Shown here: positions 53,401 through 63,464 of the stretch, piece by piece | Position numbering within the stretch: position 1 is the stretch's first letter | Layout: each line of letters opens with the position of its first letter | From: an uncultured Verrucomicrobiae bacterium | GTDB taxonomy: Bacteria > Verrucomicrobiota > Verrucomicrobiia > Chthoniobacterales > JAFAMB01 | NCBI GenBank assembly: GCA_963813025.1 | Contig: CAWEXO010000011.1 | Coordinates: forward strand, 224,001-288,000 | DNA length: 64,000 nt | Direction of reading: 5' to 3' | Position numbers and translations under genes: made by a program | The notes under the pieces: generated by a model | Seen by the model: only the letters and a program-made list of their open reading frames with translations | Told to the model about the DNA's origin: nothing | Databases searched by the model: none

Positions 53401-56002
53401 GATCACCGGCTTGAGCGGCTCGGGAAAGTCGAGCCTCGCCTTCGATATCCTTTTTGCCGAAGGCCAGCGCCGTTTTCTCGACAGCATGTCGACCTATGCG
53501 CGGCAATTTGTCGAACAGCTGGAACGCCCGGATGTCGATCACATCGAAGGCTTGCCGCCGAGCGTCGCGATCGAGCAGCGAGTTACCCGCGGTGGAGGAA
53601 AATCCACCGTCGCGACAGTCACGGAAGTATACCATTTTCTCCGGCTGCTCTTTGCCAAACTGGGGCGCAATTTTGCCCCAAGTGCCGCGATCGCGGTCGA
53701 GAAGCAGAGTCTGGCCGCTATGCAGTCGATTGTGCTCGAACGGCTGCGCGCCAGCTCGGCTCTCCTGGCTGCCCCAGTGGTGAAGGCGCGCAAAGGGTTT
53801 CACCGGGAAATTGCCGAGGCCGCGGAGCGGGACGGCTATAAAAGCCTGATCGTTGATGGAGTGCGGTACTCGACAGATCAGTTCCCCGACCTGGAACGCT
53901 ATCGGGAACACTCGATCGAGGTCGTCGTCGCTGAGCTGGAACGGGGCGGCCCACCTGATTTGCCAGCTCTTCTGAAAACCGCTTTGCGGGTCGGTGGCGG
54001 ATCCGCGTTTTTGCTTCTGCTCAGGAGAGCGGGGCAACGCGGCAATGGCCGAAGCGCGAAAGCGCAGCCTGGCTTTGAGAAGGTTGTGCTCAGTAACGAG
54101 ATGAGCTGTCCGTCGTGCGGAACGGCGTTTGAAGAACTCGATCCGCGGCTCTTCTCGTTTAACTCGCCCCATGGCTGGTGCCTGACCTGCGAAGGATTCG
54201 GTTACTTGTTGCCTTTTTCAGCGGAGCGCGAGAGTACCCAATCCGTTCTCGAAGCGGAACTCGCGGTCGAACGGCGGAGCGACTGGATCGAAGAGGCAAC
54301 GCTGGAACAATGCCCAGACTGCGCGGGAACCCGGCTGAATCCCATCAGTCGCGCGGTTCGCTTGAAAGGCCTGCAGATCGAGCAGATCGCCGCGAGTTCG
54401 ATCCAGCAAGCCGATGTTCTTTTGCGCAGTTTGGATTTTTCATCGGCTGAACGGAATATCACAGCGCCGATTCTGCCCGAGATTCAGCAGCGGCTCTCTT
54501 TTCTGAAACAGGTCGGGCTGGATTACCTGGCGCTGAATCGCTCGGCGAAAACGCTGAGCGGAGGGGAAGCTCAACGGATCCGGCTAGCCGCTCAGCTTGG
54601 ATCGAACCTTCGAGGCGTTTTGTATGTTCTGGATGAACCAACAATTGGGCTTCATCCTCGCGACAACGAACGTCTTCTCGGGACATTGACCGCCCTGAAG
54701 GACAAAGGAAACACCGTAGTCATCGTTGAGCACGACGAGGCGACGATGCGAAGAGCCGATGTCGTAGTCGATCTTGGTCCCGGAGCCGGTCGAGAGGGCG
54801 GCCGCCTGGTGGGGCTGGGCACGCTGAGCGACATTCAGAAAAACCCTGACTCCGTCACCGGCAAATTTCTGGACTCACCTCCGCGGCATCCGTTGGGCGG
54901 AACCCGCCGAAGTCTCAATGACGTCCGCTGGATAAGATTGGACGGTGCGCGCGCCCACAATCTGAAGAATGTCAATGTGCAGCTTCCCGTAGGGCGCCTG
55001 ACAGTCATTACCGGAATTTCCGGCTCCGGAAAGAGTACCCTCATGCGCTCCGCTCTCCTGCCAGCCGTCCAGCAAGGACTGCGTTCAAGGCGTTCTTTGC
55101 CGGACGGGCGCGCGTGGACCGCGATCAGCGGCCTGGAAGCGATCGAAAACGTGTACGAGGTCGATCAATCACCCATCGGTAAAACGTCTCGCTCGATCCC
55201 TGCAACTTATGTCAAAGTCTTTGACCAGATTCGCGCCCTATTTGCCCAGCTGCCGGAGTCGAGAATCCGCGGTTATTCGGCCGCTCGATTTTCTTTCAAT
55301 AGCGAGGGAGGACGCTGCGAGATTTGCGCCGGGCAAGGTGTCATCAAAATGGAGATGAATTTTCTGCCGACCAGCTATTTGCCGTGCGAGACTTGCGGCG
55401 GCAAGCGTTTCAACACACAGACGCTGAGCGTGGAGTACAACGGCAAAAGCATCGGTGATGTCCTCGAAATGACCGTCGCGGAAGCGGCCGAATTTTTCCG
55501 ATCGCAACCTCGTATTTATCGAGCCTTGGACCTTCTGCGACAGACCGGCCTCGGCTACCTGCAACTCGGTCAGCCGAGTCCGACCTTGTCAGGCGGCGAA
55601 GCTCAGCGGCTCAAACTCGTCAATGAGTTGCGCGGAGGAGTCGGCAGAGCGATCGAAGAAAGAATCCGCAGGAACCGGACGCCAAGATCGAATCTCTATC
55701 TCCTGGAAGAACCGACCATCGGATTGCATATGGCGGATGTCCAGCTGCTCATCGAGGTACTGCAGCGTCTGGTGACTGAAGCAAACACCGTGGTGGTGAT
55801 TGAACACAACCCCGAGATCATGGCGGAAGCAGATTACATTATCGATCTCGGGCCGGAAGCCGGGCAAGCCGGAGGGGAGATCGTGGCTGCCGGTCCACCG
55901 GAATTCATCGCCGAACACCCGGTCAGCCGGACCGCTCCGTTCTTGAAAAAGATTCTCGACCGCGGCCGTCCTCTGGCCGAGCCGGCCTTGGCGCTCGAAT
56001 AA
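50417..56002 (+). CDS. uvrA: Excinuclease ABC subunit A, double-length tandem form; many frameshifts in the first module
   Basis: Four Walker A motifs ([36 protein letters not shown]), four LSGGE signatures and two AEGQRR motifs over about 1860 codons. Confidence 0.88.
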
Positions 56003-56122
56003 GCGTGTCGGCGGAGCTGTCGACGTTATCGCATGCTGACACGCAGACGCCGATACGCAAGACGCTAACTTCCACTTGACCCTCAGCGGAAGCTGAGTCA
56101 GTCAACCGTGAGTTGATTTACC

Positions 56123-56827
56123 ATGCGATTGTCCCGTAAAATCCATAAGTTGACCACCGGAGAAGCCTGGAACAGCGCGCTCGACTCCTACTATCGTTTC
56201 GCCCGGTCTCTCACCGTCCCGCAGCTTTTGCGCAATCTTCCGAGCGGCGATTTCGAACAGCTCCGAATCAAGTACGGCGTTGCCGGCAAAACCAAGGCCT
56301 GGCAGAAGTACGTCGATCAGAAACGGTGGTTGAGCTTAGCGATCGAGCAGGCCCAAGAGCTTCACCTGGACCGCCGAAAACCCTGCCGGATCCTTGATCT
56401 GGGCAGCGGCGCCGGCTACTTCTTGTTTGTCTGCAAGCACCTTGGTCACACCGGCCTGGGTCTGGATTTAGATTGGCCGCCCTTATACTACGAGACATTC
56501 CGCTTGCTCGGGCTTAAACGAGTGATCTGGCGGATAGAACCATTTCAGCCCCTGCCGGAGCTGGACGGCCGGTTCGATCTGGTGACCGCTTTCGCGATTT
56601 GCTTCAATGCCCACGAGACGGATCAGGTCTGGGGCCCAGAAGAGTGGGGATTTTTTCTGGACGATCTTCAGAAAAATGTTCTCAGCCCGGGGGGAGAAAT
56701 CTTTCTAAGTCTGAACCCAGAGTCTTACGGGCATTACACCCCGGAACTGAAACAGTTCTTTTTGGAACAAGGAGCAAAGATAGATCGGCAAAAGGTCTTT
56801 ATCCGGAACGAAGCGGCCGAGCCGTAG
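56123..56827 (+). CDS. Class I SAM-dependent methyltransferase
   Basis: RILDLGSGAG, GRFDLVTAF, LSPGG. Confidence 0.85.
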   Translation: MRLSRKIHKLTTGEAWNSALDSYYRFARSLTVPQLLRNLPSGDFEQLRIKYGVAGKTKAWQKYVDQKRWLSLAIEQAQELHLDRRKPCRILDLGSGAGYFLFVCKHLGHTGLGLDLDWPPLYYETFRLLGLKRVIWRIEPFQPLPELDGRFDLVTAFAICFNAHETDQVWGPEEWGFFLDDLQKNVLSPGGEIFLSLNPESYGHYTPELKQFFLEQGAKIDRQKVFIRNEAAEP

Positions 56828-56832
56828 CCAAA

Positions 56833-57798
56833 TCACAGAGTCCGCTGTGAACGAATCGCCGCGAGGACCTGTTCGACGCTTAACCCTTCCATCTCTCCAG
56901 TCGCGCTTTGGAGCACGATGACGCGAGTTCCCAGAGGCGCCCAGATCGATGGATCAGTGGGACCAAACAGAGCGATTGTTGGTAGGCCGAGCGCGGCAGC
57001 CAAATGCGTTACCCCAGAGTCGTGCCCGAGAAACAATTGACAACTACTCAGCGCCGCGACCAGCTCTCCGAGGGTCGGGAGCTCGAGCCTGATCGCATGC
57101 GGCGGCAAACGGAACGCGCGCATCTCCCGACTGATTGGGAGATCAGCTTCGCCAGTGATCAAGAGGATCCTCGGCCAATCGCGTTCTATCTCGATCAGAC
57201 ATTCCATCCATCTTTCGAGCGGCCAGTTCTTCCTTGGTGAACCGCTCCCGGGATGCAATGCCAAAGTTGGCTGGAAGTCGTCCGACTGGACTCGCGGCAA
57301 GCGGGGAAACCGATCCCCAAGTGGTATACCAAGGCCGGAAAGAGGTGCTGCCAGCTGATCGACAGCGTGCATCCGGCTGTCAAAGCGATAAGGTCCGCGG
57401 ACAACCTGGCCGACTCGAGCTCTTTGCAGTTGACTCACTACGACGTCTTCCGGATCCGCCAGATAGCTGATGGCCAAATCTGTTTTTCTCAATCGCTCCG
57501 TCCATTTGGCGGAGAAGTCAGCTCCCCGAATAAAGAGGCCCAGCAAATCCTGGCAGTTCAGGTCGTGCACGGAATCGGCAACATCGGCCGGGGCGAGTTT
57601 CGCTTGGGGCATTGTTCCCAGGACCTCAATCCTTGCTGCAGGAAAGGCTCGCCGAAGCGCCGCTAAGACAGGCAGCGTCAAAATGAAATCGCCCAGCGCT
57701 CCCCCGCGCAGGACCAGAATGCGCACAGCTCGACCCAGATTTTCAAGCAAGCCCCCGCGCTCAAAACCGCGACCTCGCGTGCTAATGCGGTTGCCCAA
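56833..57798 (-). CDS. Glycosyltransferase family 9 (heptosyltransferase-like)
   Basis: ILVLRGGALGDFILTLP, LHPGSGSPRKNWP, GHDSGVTHLAAALG, LFGPTDP. Confidence 0.92.
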   Translation of the reverse strand: MGNRISTRGRGFERGGLLENLGRAVRILVLRGGALGDFILTLPVLAALRRAFPAARIEVLGTMPQAKLAPADVADSVHDLNCQDLLGLFIRGADFSAKWTERLRKTDLAISYLADPEDVVVSQLQRARVGQVVRGPYRFDSRMHAVDQLAAPLSGLGIPLGDRFPRLPRVQSDDFQPTLALHPGSGSPRKNWPLERWMECLIEIERDWPRILLITGEADLPISREMRAFRLPPHAIRLELPTLGELVAALSSCQLFLGHDSGVTHLAAALGLPTIALFGPTDPSIWAPLGTRVIVLQSATGEMEGLSVEQVLAAIRSQRTL

Positions 57799-57973
57799 TC
57801 CCAGGCATCGAGCCTAACTGGCCACCTTGTTCCCAGTCCTCTGGTTTGTTCCAGGGGATAGTGCTAGTCGGTTTACCAAACTCTGGGGTCCGTGTTGTCT
57901 TTTCCGCGTCGGGATCGACCTGACAACCGGTCGCCACCAGCGCAAACCCAACAATTAACACTACTTTTTTCAT
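57782..57973 (-). CDS. Small lipoprotein
   Basis: MKK, hydrophobic stretch, lipobox ATG|C. ATGA overlap with the upstream gene. Confidence 0.8.
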   Translation of the reverse strand: MKKVVLIVGFALVATGCQVDPDAEKTTRTPEFGKPTSTIPWNKPEDWEQGGQLGSMPGIGQPH

Positions 57974-58671
57974 CGTTTAGTTAGTGTGACGGTATCTCCA
58001 ACCGAAACTCGGGCAAAATTATCGGGAGTCGGGTTAACAAATTCCGCGACGCAAGTATTGCTTTCCACGGACACGACTCGCAAATGCCCGACGGTCTGGC
58101 CATCCTTCCGAACGTCAAGGCGGGTGTTCGCTGCCAATCCAACATTCTTGCCCAAACTCACCGTTACGGCTTTTGCTTCGCGATTGATCGAAAGAATGCT
58201 GCCTTCCAGTTCAATCGGCGTTGTGCCATGGCGTGCATTCAAACTCAGCTCATTGAGGTTCGCTTCCACTTGGATGAGCCGGGCGGCCAGCGCTTGCCGG
58301 TCGTTCTCGGCTTGCTGCTTTTGATCGAGGTTGCGACCCGCCTCGGTCAAGGCGGCGGTGAGCGCCTTATTCTCGTTTGCGCGCATCGTCAATTGATCGG
58401 TCACCTGGTTCAGCTTCGCTTTGGTGCTATTGAGTTCAGCGCTTCGACTGTCTCGCTCTTCCTGCGTGAGTCGCTCCTGGGTGAGCAGTCTTTCCTGCGT
58501 TTGCTTCAGTGTTTCTTGAGTATCCTTCAGCTGGTTCTGGCTGTTCTGTGATTGCTGCCGCACTCGGGCGAGTTCATTGTTCAGATCGTTCAATTTAGTC
58601 CGGTTGAAAAATCCGAGTCCCCCCGAAAACAGTGTGCACAAAAAAGCAATCGATAACAGAAACCGCATCAT
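57970..58671 (-). CDS. Membrane-anchored coiled-coil protein with C-terminal beta domain
   Basis: N-terminal hydrophobic anchor, long Q/E/L heptad region, then LEGSILSIN...VTVSLG...GDTV. Confidence 0.75.
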   Translation of the reverse strand: MMRFLLSIAFLCTLFSGGLGFFNRTKLNDLNNELARVRQQSQNSQNQLKDTQETLKQTQERLLTQERLTQEERDSRSAELNSTKAKLNQVTDQLTMRANENKALTAALTEAGRNLDQKQQAENDRQALAARLIQVEANLNELSLNARHGTTPIELEGSILSINREAKAVTVSLGKNVGLAANTRLDVRKDGQTVGHLRVVSVESNTCVAEFVNPTPDNFARVSVGDTVTLTKR

Positions 58672-58913
58672 GGGAATGCGATCTTGAGTGTTCAGCGAAG
58701 ACGGCTCGCAGTCAACGGCGGGTCGCAGGATTCACTGCTGAGTTGCGCCTGTCACTTGCAGAAAACGACAGTTGTCTTTCAATCCACGAAAATCTGTGCC
58801 ATTTGTGGTTTAACCGTCAGGGGCTATGGAACGCGGACTTACAAACCCCGCCAGGGCAGGAATGCAGCAACGGTAGTATGCTCTTCGTGGTCGTAGTCCT
58901 CTGACGGGCTTTT

Positions 58914-58982
58914 TTTCACGTTTCGCGTTTCACGTTTCACGTGTCGCGTTTCAAGTTGCTGACGAGCGTGAAACGCGAAACG
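58914..58982. repeat. Heptamer tandem repeat (TTTCRCG)x6 with inverted arm
   Basis: Six units at 58914-58955 and the reverse-complement arm CGTGAAACGCGAAACG at 58967-58982. Confidence 0.85.
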
Positions 58983-58989
58983 TATTCCC

Positions 58990-60619
58990 TTGGCGATCGA
59001 GATTTCCGTTCTTTCTGGGCTGGCCCCGCGAAAATTGCAGATCGATGAACCAACCGTCGTCGTTGGTCGGGATCCGGCAGTAGATCTGGTACTGGCCCAT
59101 CCGGAGATATCGCGACGTCATTGCCGGCTTATTCAGGAAGGCGACGATTGGTGGACCGAAGATCTCGGGAGTCGGAGCGGCACCCGAACCAACGGCGTCA
59201 AAATCGAAGGAAAACAAGTTCTTCATCCGGGCGATCGCATTTCTCTCGGACCGGTATTGCTCCACGCCTTATTCTATTCCGCGCGGCTTCGACTCGCGGC
59301 CGATACTCCGACTTTGGAGATTAAGCGGCTCGTTCGTCACACCATGGCCAACCTCGGCCTGTTCGATCACCGGGATGAGCGCATTGCTCAGTTATCCGGC
59401 GGTTAGCGCAAACGCGTCAGTGTCGGAGTCGAACTGCTTCATCGTCCCCCGCTCTTGTTTCTGGACGAGCCCACTTCCGGACTTGATCCGCTTGCGGAGT
59501 TCCGATTGATGGAGTTGCTTCGGCGTTTGGCCGATACCGGTTGCACCATCATCTGCACAACCCATGTGATGGAGAACGTCTATCTCATGGATCAGATCGC
59601 TGTCCTGGTTGGCGGGCGCCTGGTTTTTCAAGGCTCGCCCGAAGCCGCGCGTGCCCGGTTTTCGGTTGCTCGTCTTACCTCTCTCTACGATGCCTTGCAA
59701 TCTCTTGGTCCGGCCGATTTGCCGCCGGTTACGCCTCTGTGGGAGGAAAAATCCGAAGAGAAACCGGTGCAGGCGGTCGAAGCTCCCGGGAAAAACAGCC
59801 CACCTTATCTTTCGATCTTACTCAGCCGCCTTATCGCCATCTACCAGGCCGACCCGAAAAACATTTTGCTCCTGATTGGACAGCCGCTGATTATCGGTTT
59901 GCTAGTTTGCTGGGTGACCAGCGACCCGCCCCTCATCGAAGTTTTCACTTATGTCTCCGCCCTCTGGTTCGGGTGCAGCAATGCGCCACAGGAGATCGTG
60001 AAAGAACTGCCGATCTATCGCCGGGAACGGCTGGTTGGGCTTAGGCGGACAAGTTACCTGCTCAGCAAATTTCTCTGGTTTAGTTCCTTAACGGCAGTCA
60101 AACGACCTTGATCGTGCTGGTGACCGCTCTCACAAAAGGGGGCTTCCACGACCGGCACCGGTCTTCGCTTTGTCGGACTGATGCTCTTGTGCGTTGCCGG
60201 CACGGGTATCGGGCTGGTCATTTCCACCCTCGCCCGCTCGGCGCTGCCAGCAGCCATGCTGGTGCCGCTGATCCTGATTCCGCAGATCTTGTTCTCGGGC
60301 TTTACGGTTCCACTCCGAGACATGTCGGGTCCGGTCGCCGCGATCGCGCATGCCGTACCCACCTTCGCCGCGCAGCGGGTGAGTGATCTCGGCTTTCTTC
60401 TGAACAAACAGATCACGGGCGCCTTGGCCCGGGACCTCCCGATTCCCCTACTCAAACCTGAATGAATTGCACCGCCAGCGGACCGGCGAACGCCTGCATA
60501 GTGGAACAATTTTCATCGAAACGGGCTCGTTGTGGTCAGGCTACGCGTGCTTAGTTCTGTGGAGCGTGCTCAGTTTCGTCGCAAGCTATCTCCTTCTGGC
60601 CAGGAAAGAACGGGAATGA
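58990..60619 (+). pseudogene. FHA-domain ABC exporter (FHA-ATPase-ABC2 permease), disrupted
   Basis: FHA motifs (VGRD, ISRRHC, DLGSRSGT.NG) join directly to ALFYSARLRL with no Walker A. LSGG*RKRVSVGVELL has an in-frame TAG at 59404. FLDEPTSGLDP and EIVKELPIYRRERLVG follow, with frameshifts after about 60100. Confidence 0.8.
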
Positions 60620-60772
60620 ATGAGAGCGGCGGGAGCGGCGCGAGCGGGTTTGGTGGAGGAAGGTAGCGCGAGAGTGCAGAAGCGGACTATCATCGGCAAT
60701 AGACGCTCGGGGAAAAGTCCGAGAATTGTCTGAATGAGCGGCGCCGCCTTGATCTTTCCAGATTAGCCGTTT

Positions 60773-61690
60773 TCAATTTTTAGCCGGCTCAATCAAACCG
60801 AACACGCCAACCCGCTGGCTTTTCCCTTTCAGCTGGAAATCGCCGAAGGGCTGAAATTTGCGTCCAGCCGGCAGAACAGTAACAAAATCCTGGGAACAAA
60901 CCAGTTGCTGGTTGAGTTCTTTCGCAACGCCTTCCAATCGGAAAACTGTATTCACCGCGTCGCCGAGAATTGTTGCATCGCGCACGGCCATCTGCCCGAC
61001 ATTGCTGCTGGTCACTCTCCCAAAGTGAAGAGCGAGAACGATCCGAAAGGTTTCGCCGGCCGGCCAGCTCCGGCGGACGGCCAACTCCCGAATGGTCAGA
61101 GCCGTCGATAGGCAAGTGGCACATTCCGTTCCGCGTTCGTCATGAGCAGGCCAGTAGGCAAGCACGGCGTCGCCGATATACTTGTCGATCACTCCGGCGC
61201 TGGCCTGAACCGTGTTGCCAATGTCGCGAAACCAATTGCCGATGATCCGGGCCAACTCGCGCTCTTCGAGCCGCTCCGTCATCGTACTGAAGCCGCGGAT
61301 ATCGCAGACCAGCATCGCCGCGGAAAGAGAGTTTTGACCTGCATCGCTGCCTTGAGCCGCTAAAGTAGCGTCCACCTGATCTTCGGTCCCCTCGTCTGGT
61401 AAGTGGTCGAAGATCAACTCATAATCCGCAATGCGCACCTTTGCTCCCGGCTCCAGGACGACGGGGGTGATCACCCGGCGACCATTCACAAAGGTACCGT
61501 TTCGACTTCCCAGATCCATGATCTGGTATTGGAAGGCGTTATAACAACGGACGATCGCATGCTGCCGGGAGACATGGCTGCCCGGAAGCATGATGGTGTT
61601 GTCCGCTGTCCGTCCAATCGTCGCCGTATTGCTGATAAACTTCTCGGTTGGCTCCCGATCGCTCCGGCAAACTCGAAACTTGGCGGACAT
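60773..61690 (-). CDS. FHA-domain class III adenylate cyclase
   Basis: FHA (IGRT, VSRQHA, DLGSRNGTFVNG) and cyclase motifs CDIRGFS, DKYIGDAV, TILGDAVNTVFRLE. Confidence 0.92.
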   Translation of the reverse strand: MSAKFRVCRSDREPTEKFISNTATIGRTADNTIMLPGSHVSRQHAIVRCYNAFQYQIMDLGSRNGTFVNGRRVITPVVLEPGAKVRIADYELIFDHLPDEGTEDQVDATLAAQGSDAGQNSLSAAMLVCDIRGFSTMTERLEERELARIIGNWFRDIGNTVQASAGVIDKYIGDAVLAYWPAHDERGTECATCLSTALTIRELAVRRSWPAGETFRIVLALHFGRVTSSNVGQMAVRDATILGDAVNTVFRLEGVAKELNQQLVCSQDFVTVLPAGRKFQPFGDFQLKGKSQRVGVFGLIEPAKN

Positions 61691-61768
61691 AGACTTTCGT
61701 CAAACCGGGATGATGCCACAGCCTGCGTTGCTCGCAAATCTTCCCCCGCGGCAGACGAACGGCGCAGC

Positions 61769-61924
61769 CTAACGCATCCCGCCCACGTAAACGTAGTGCG
61801 ATAAGGTCGTCATCAACAAAATGAACAATCCGACTAGAATGGCGGCCATCCCAAAACCAGCGAGCGGGACCGCAAGCTGCTCACGGTAAAACTCATTCCA
61901 GCGGCGTTTACGATCGGGATCCAT
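61769..61924 (-). CDS. Small single-pass membrane protein, 51 aa
   Basis: My translation: MDPDRKRRWNEFYREQLAVPLAGFGMAAILVGLFILLMTTLSHYVYVGGMR. Below the ORF-track cutoff. Confidence 0.55.
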   Translation of the reverse strand: MDPDRKRRWNEFYREQLAVPLAGFGMAAILVGLFILLMTTLSHYVYVGGMR

Positions 61925-61994
61925 GGTGCACACAATTCACACATCATCGGTGTCCGGCACAAGGATTAGTTTGCCTCGAACCTCGACTTTTCTG

Positions 61995-62023
61995 TTGACG
62001 GACGGGTGACCGTCTCCTAGCTT
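61995..62023 (+). promoter_or_regulatory. Sigma-70 promoter upstream of the SAM riboswitch
   Basis: TTGACG-N17-TAGCTT, ending about 10 nt before the aptamer. Confidence 0.7.
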
Positions 62024-62032
62024 CGCCGACAT

Positions 62033-62144
62033 TCCATCAAGAGTGGCAGAGGGACTGGCCCGACGAAGCCACGGCAACCGATCCTGGGCAACCAGGGTGA
62101 CCAGGTGCCAAATCCAGCCTCGAAACGGTTCGAGGGAAGATGGG
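62033..62144 (+). ncRNA. SAM-I (S-box) riboswitch
   Basis: CCATC-AAGAG-TGGCAGAGGGACTGGCCCGACGAAGCCACGGCAACC...GGTGCCAAATCCAGC...GGAA-GATGG, with P1 pairing CCATC/GATGG. Confidence 0.93.
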
Positions 62145-62192
62145 TCCGGAGCTTCGTGACTCTTGGTGGAAAGCCAAAAAGCCGCTCTTGCC

Positions 62193-63452
62193 ATGGATAC
62201 ACCTTCGTACTTTTCGCACCTGCAGTGTCGCGAGTGCGGTCGACACTACCGCAAGGAAGCCGTTCACGTCTGTGAGTTTGATTTTGGTCCGCTCGAAGCC
62301 GCTTATGATTATGCCGCAATTCGCGCGGCGATCGGACGCGAAACCATTTCGGCGCGTCCCCGGTCAATGTGGCGTTATCGTGAGTTTCTGCCGATCGAGA
62401 ACGTGCCAACCGTGGGCCTGTATACGGGTTCAACTCCCCTGGTGCGTGCTGACCGGCTGGCCGCGAGACTGGGTGTGCGGGAACTCTACCTGAAAAATGA
62501 TGCGTACAATCATCCGACGCTCTCGTTCAAGGATCGCGTGGTCTCGGTGGCGCTCAGCCGGGCTCGTGAACTCGGTATCGGCACAGTGGCTTGCGCGTCG
62601 ACGGGCAACCTGGCAAACGCCGTAGCCGCTCATGCCGCTTCGGTCGGCCTGAAAAGCGTCGTGTTGATTCCTTCGAACCTGGAGCGAAGCAAAGTGATCA
62701 ATTCGCTCGTGTACTCCACCAACTTGGTCGCCATTGAGGGCGCTTACGATCAGGTGAACCGACTTTGTGCGGAAATTGCCGGGAAATACGGATGGGGTTT
62801 TGTGAACGTCAACCTGCGGCCCTACTACGCCGAAGGCTCAAAAACCATGGGGTTCGAGATCATGGAACAACTGGGCTGGCGGCTGCCCAGGCACACCGTG
62901 ATCCCGATGGCGAGCGGAGCGTTATTAACCAAAATCTCCAAGGCCTATCATGAGTTTATCGAGGTTGGTCTGGTATCCGAGGGAGAATTCTCGATTCACG
63001 GAGCGCAAGCGGCTGGCTGCTCGCCGATCAGTACGGCGGTGAAAAACAATAGCGAAGTCGTCCGCCCGGTACCCAAACCACAAACGATCGCCAAATCGCT
63101 CGCCATCGGCACACCGGCGGATGGGTACTATGCCATTCGGGCCATGAAAGACAGTGGCGGGACTGCGGAAGACTGCACCGACGCTGAAATCGTCACCGCG
63201 ATTCAGTTGCTGGCGGAAACGGAAGGAATTTTTGCCGAGACCGCGGGAGGGGTAACCGTGGCCTGCGCTCGCAAGTTGATCGAGGCGGGCCGAATTCAGC
63301 CTCATGAATCAGCGGTTCTTTGTATCACTGGATATGGGCTGAAAACCCAGGAAGCGGTCGCCGAACACATGGAATTCCCTCCGGTCATTCGTCCGACGCT
63401 CAAAGACTTCGAGGCCTTGCTTGCCGATCGACGTTTCGCCAATATTAACTGA
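62193..63452 (+). CDS. Threonine-synthase-like PLP enzyme (probable sulfur-incorporating homolog)
   Basis: N-terminal CRECG...C, PLP lysine in SFKDR, ASTGN, NLRPYYAEGSKT, PMASGALLTK, EGIFAETAGG, ITGYGLK. Confidence 0.88.
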   Translation: MDTPSYFSHLQCRECGRHYRKEAVHVCEFDFGPLEAAYDYAAIRAAIGRETISARPRSMWRYREFLPIENVPTVGLYTGSTPLVRADRLAARLGVRELYLKNDAYNHPTLSFKDRVVSVALSRARELGIGTVACASTGNLANAVAAHAASVGLKSVVLIPSNLERSKVINSLVYSTNLVAIEGAYDQVNRLCAEIAGKYGWGFVNVNLRPYYAEGSKTMGFEIMEQLGWRLPRHTVIPMASGALLTKISKAYHEFIEVGLVSEGEFSIHGAQAAGCSPISTAVKNNSEVVRPVPKPQTIAKSLAIGTPADGYYAIRAMKDSGGTAEDCTDAEIVTAIQLLAETEGIFAETAGGVTVACARKLIEAGRIQPHESAVLCITGYGLKTQEAVAEHMEFPPVIRPTLKDFEALLADRRFANIN

Positions 63453-63464
63453 GGAAAACATCCT

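Noticed and set aside
59404..59406. Pyrrolysine or stop-codon readthrough at the in-frame TAG
   Set aside because: TAG ends normal genes in this window, and the same gene also lacks Walker A and has frameshifts, so a pseudogene is the simpler reading.
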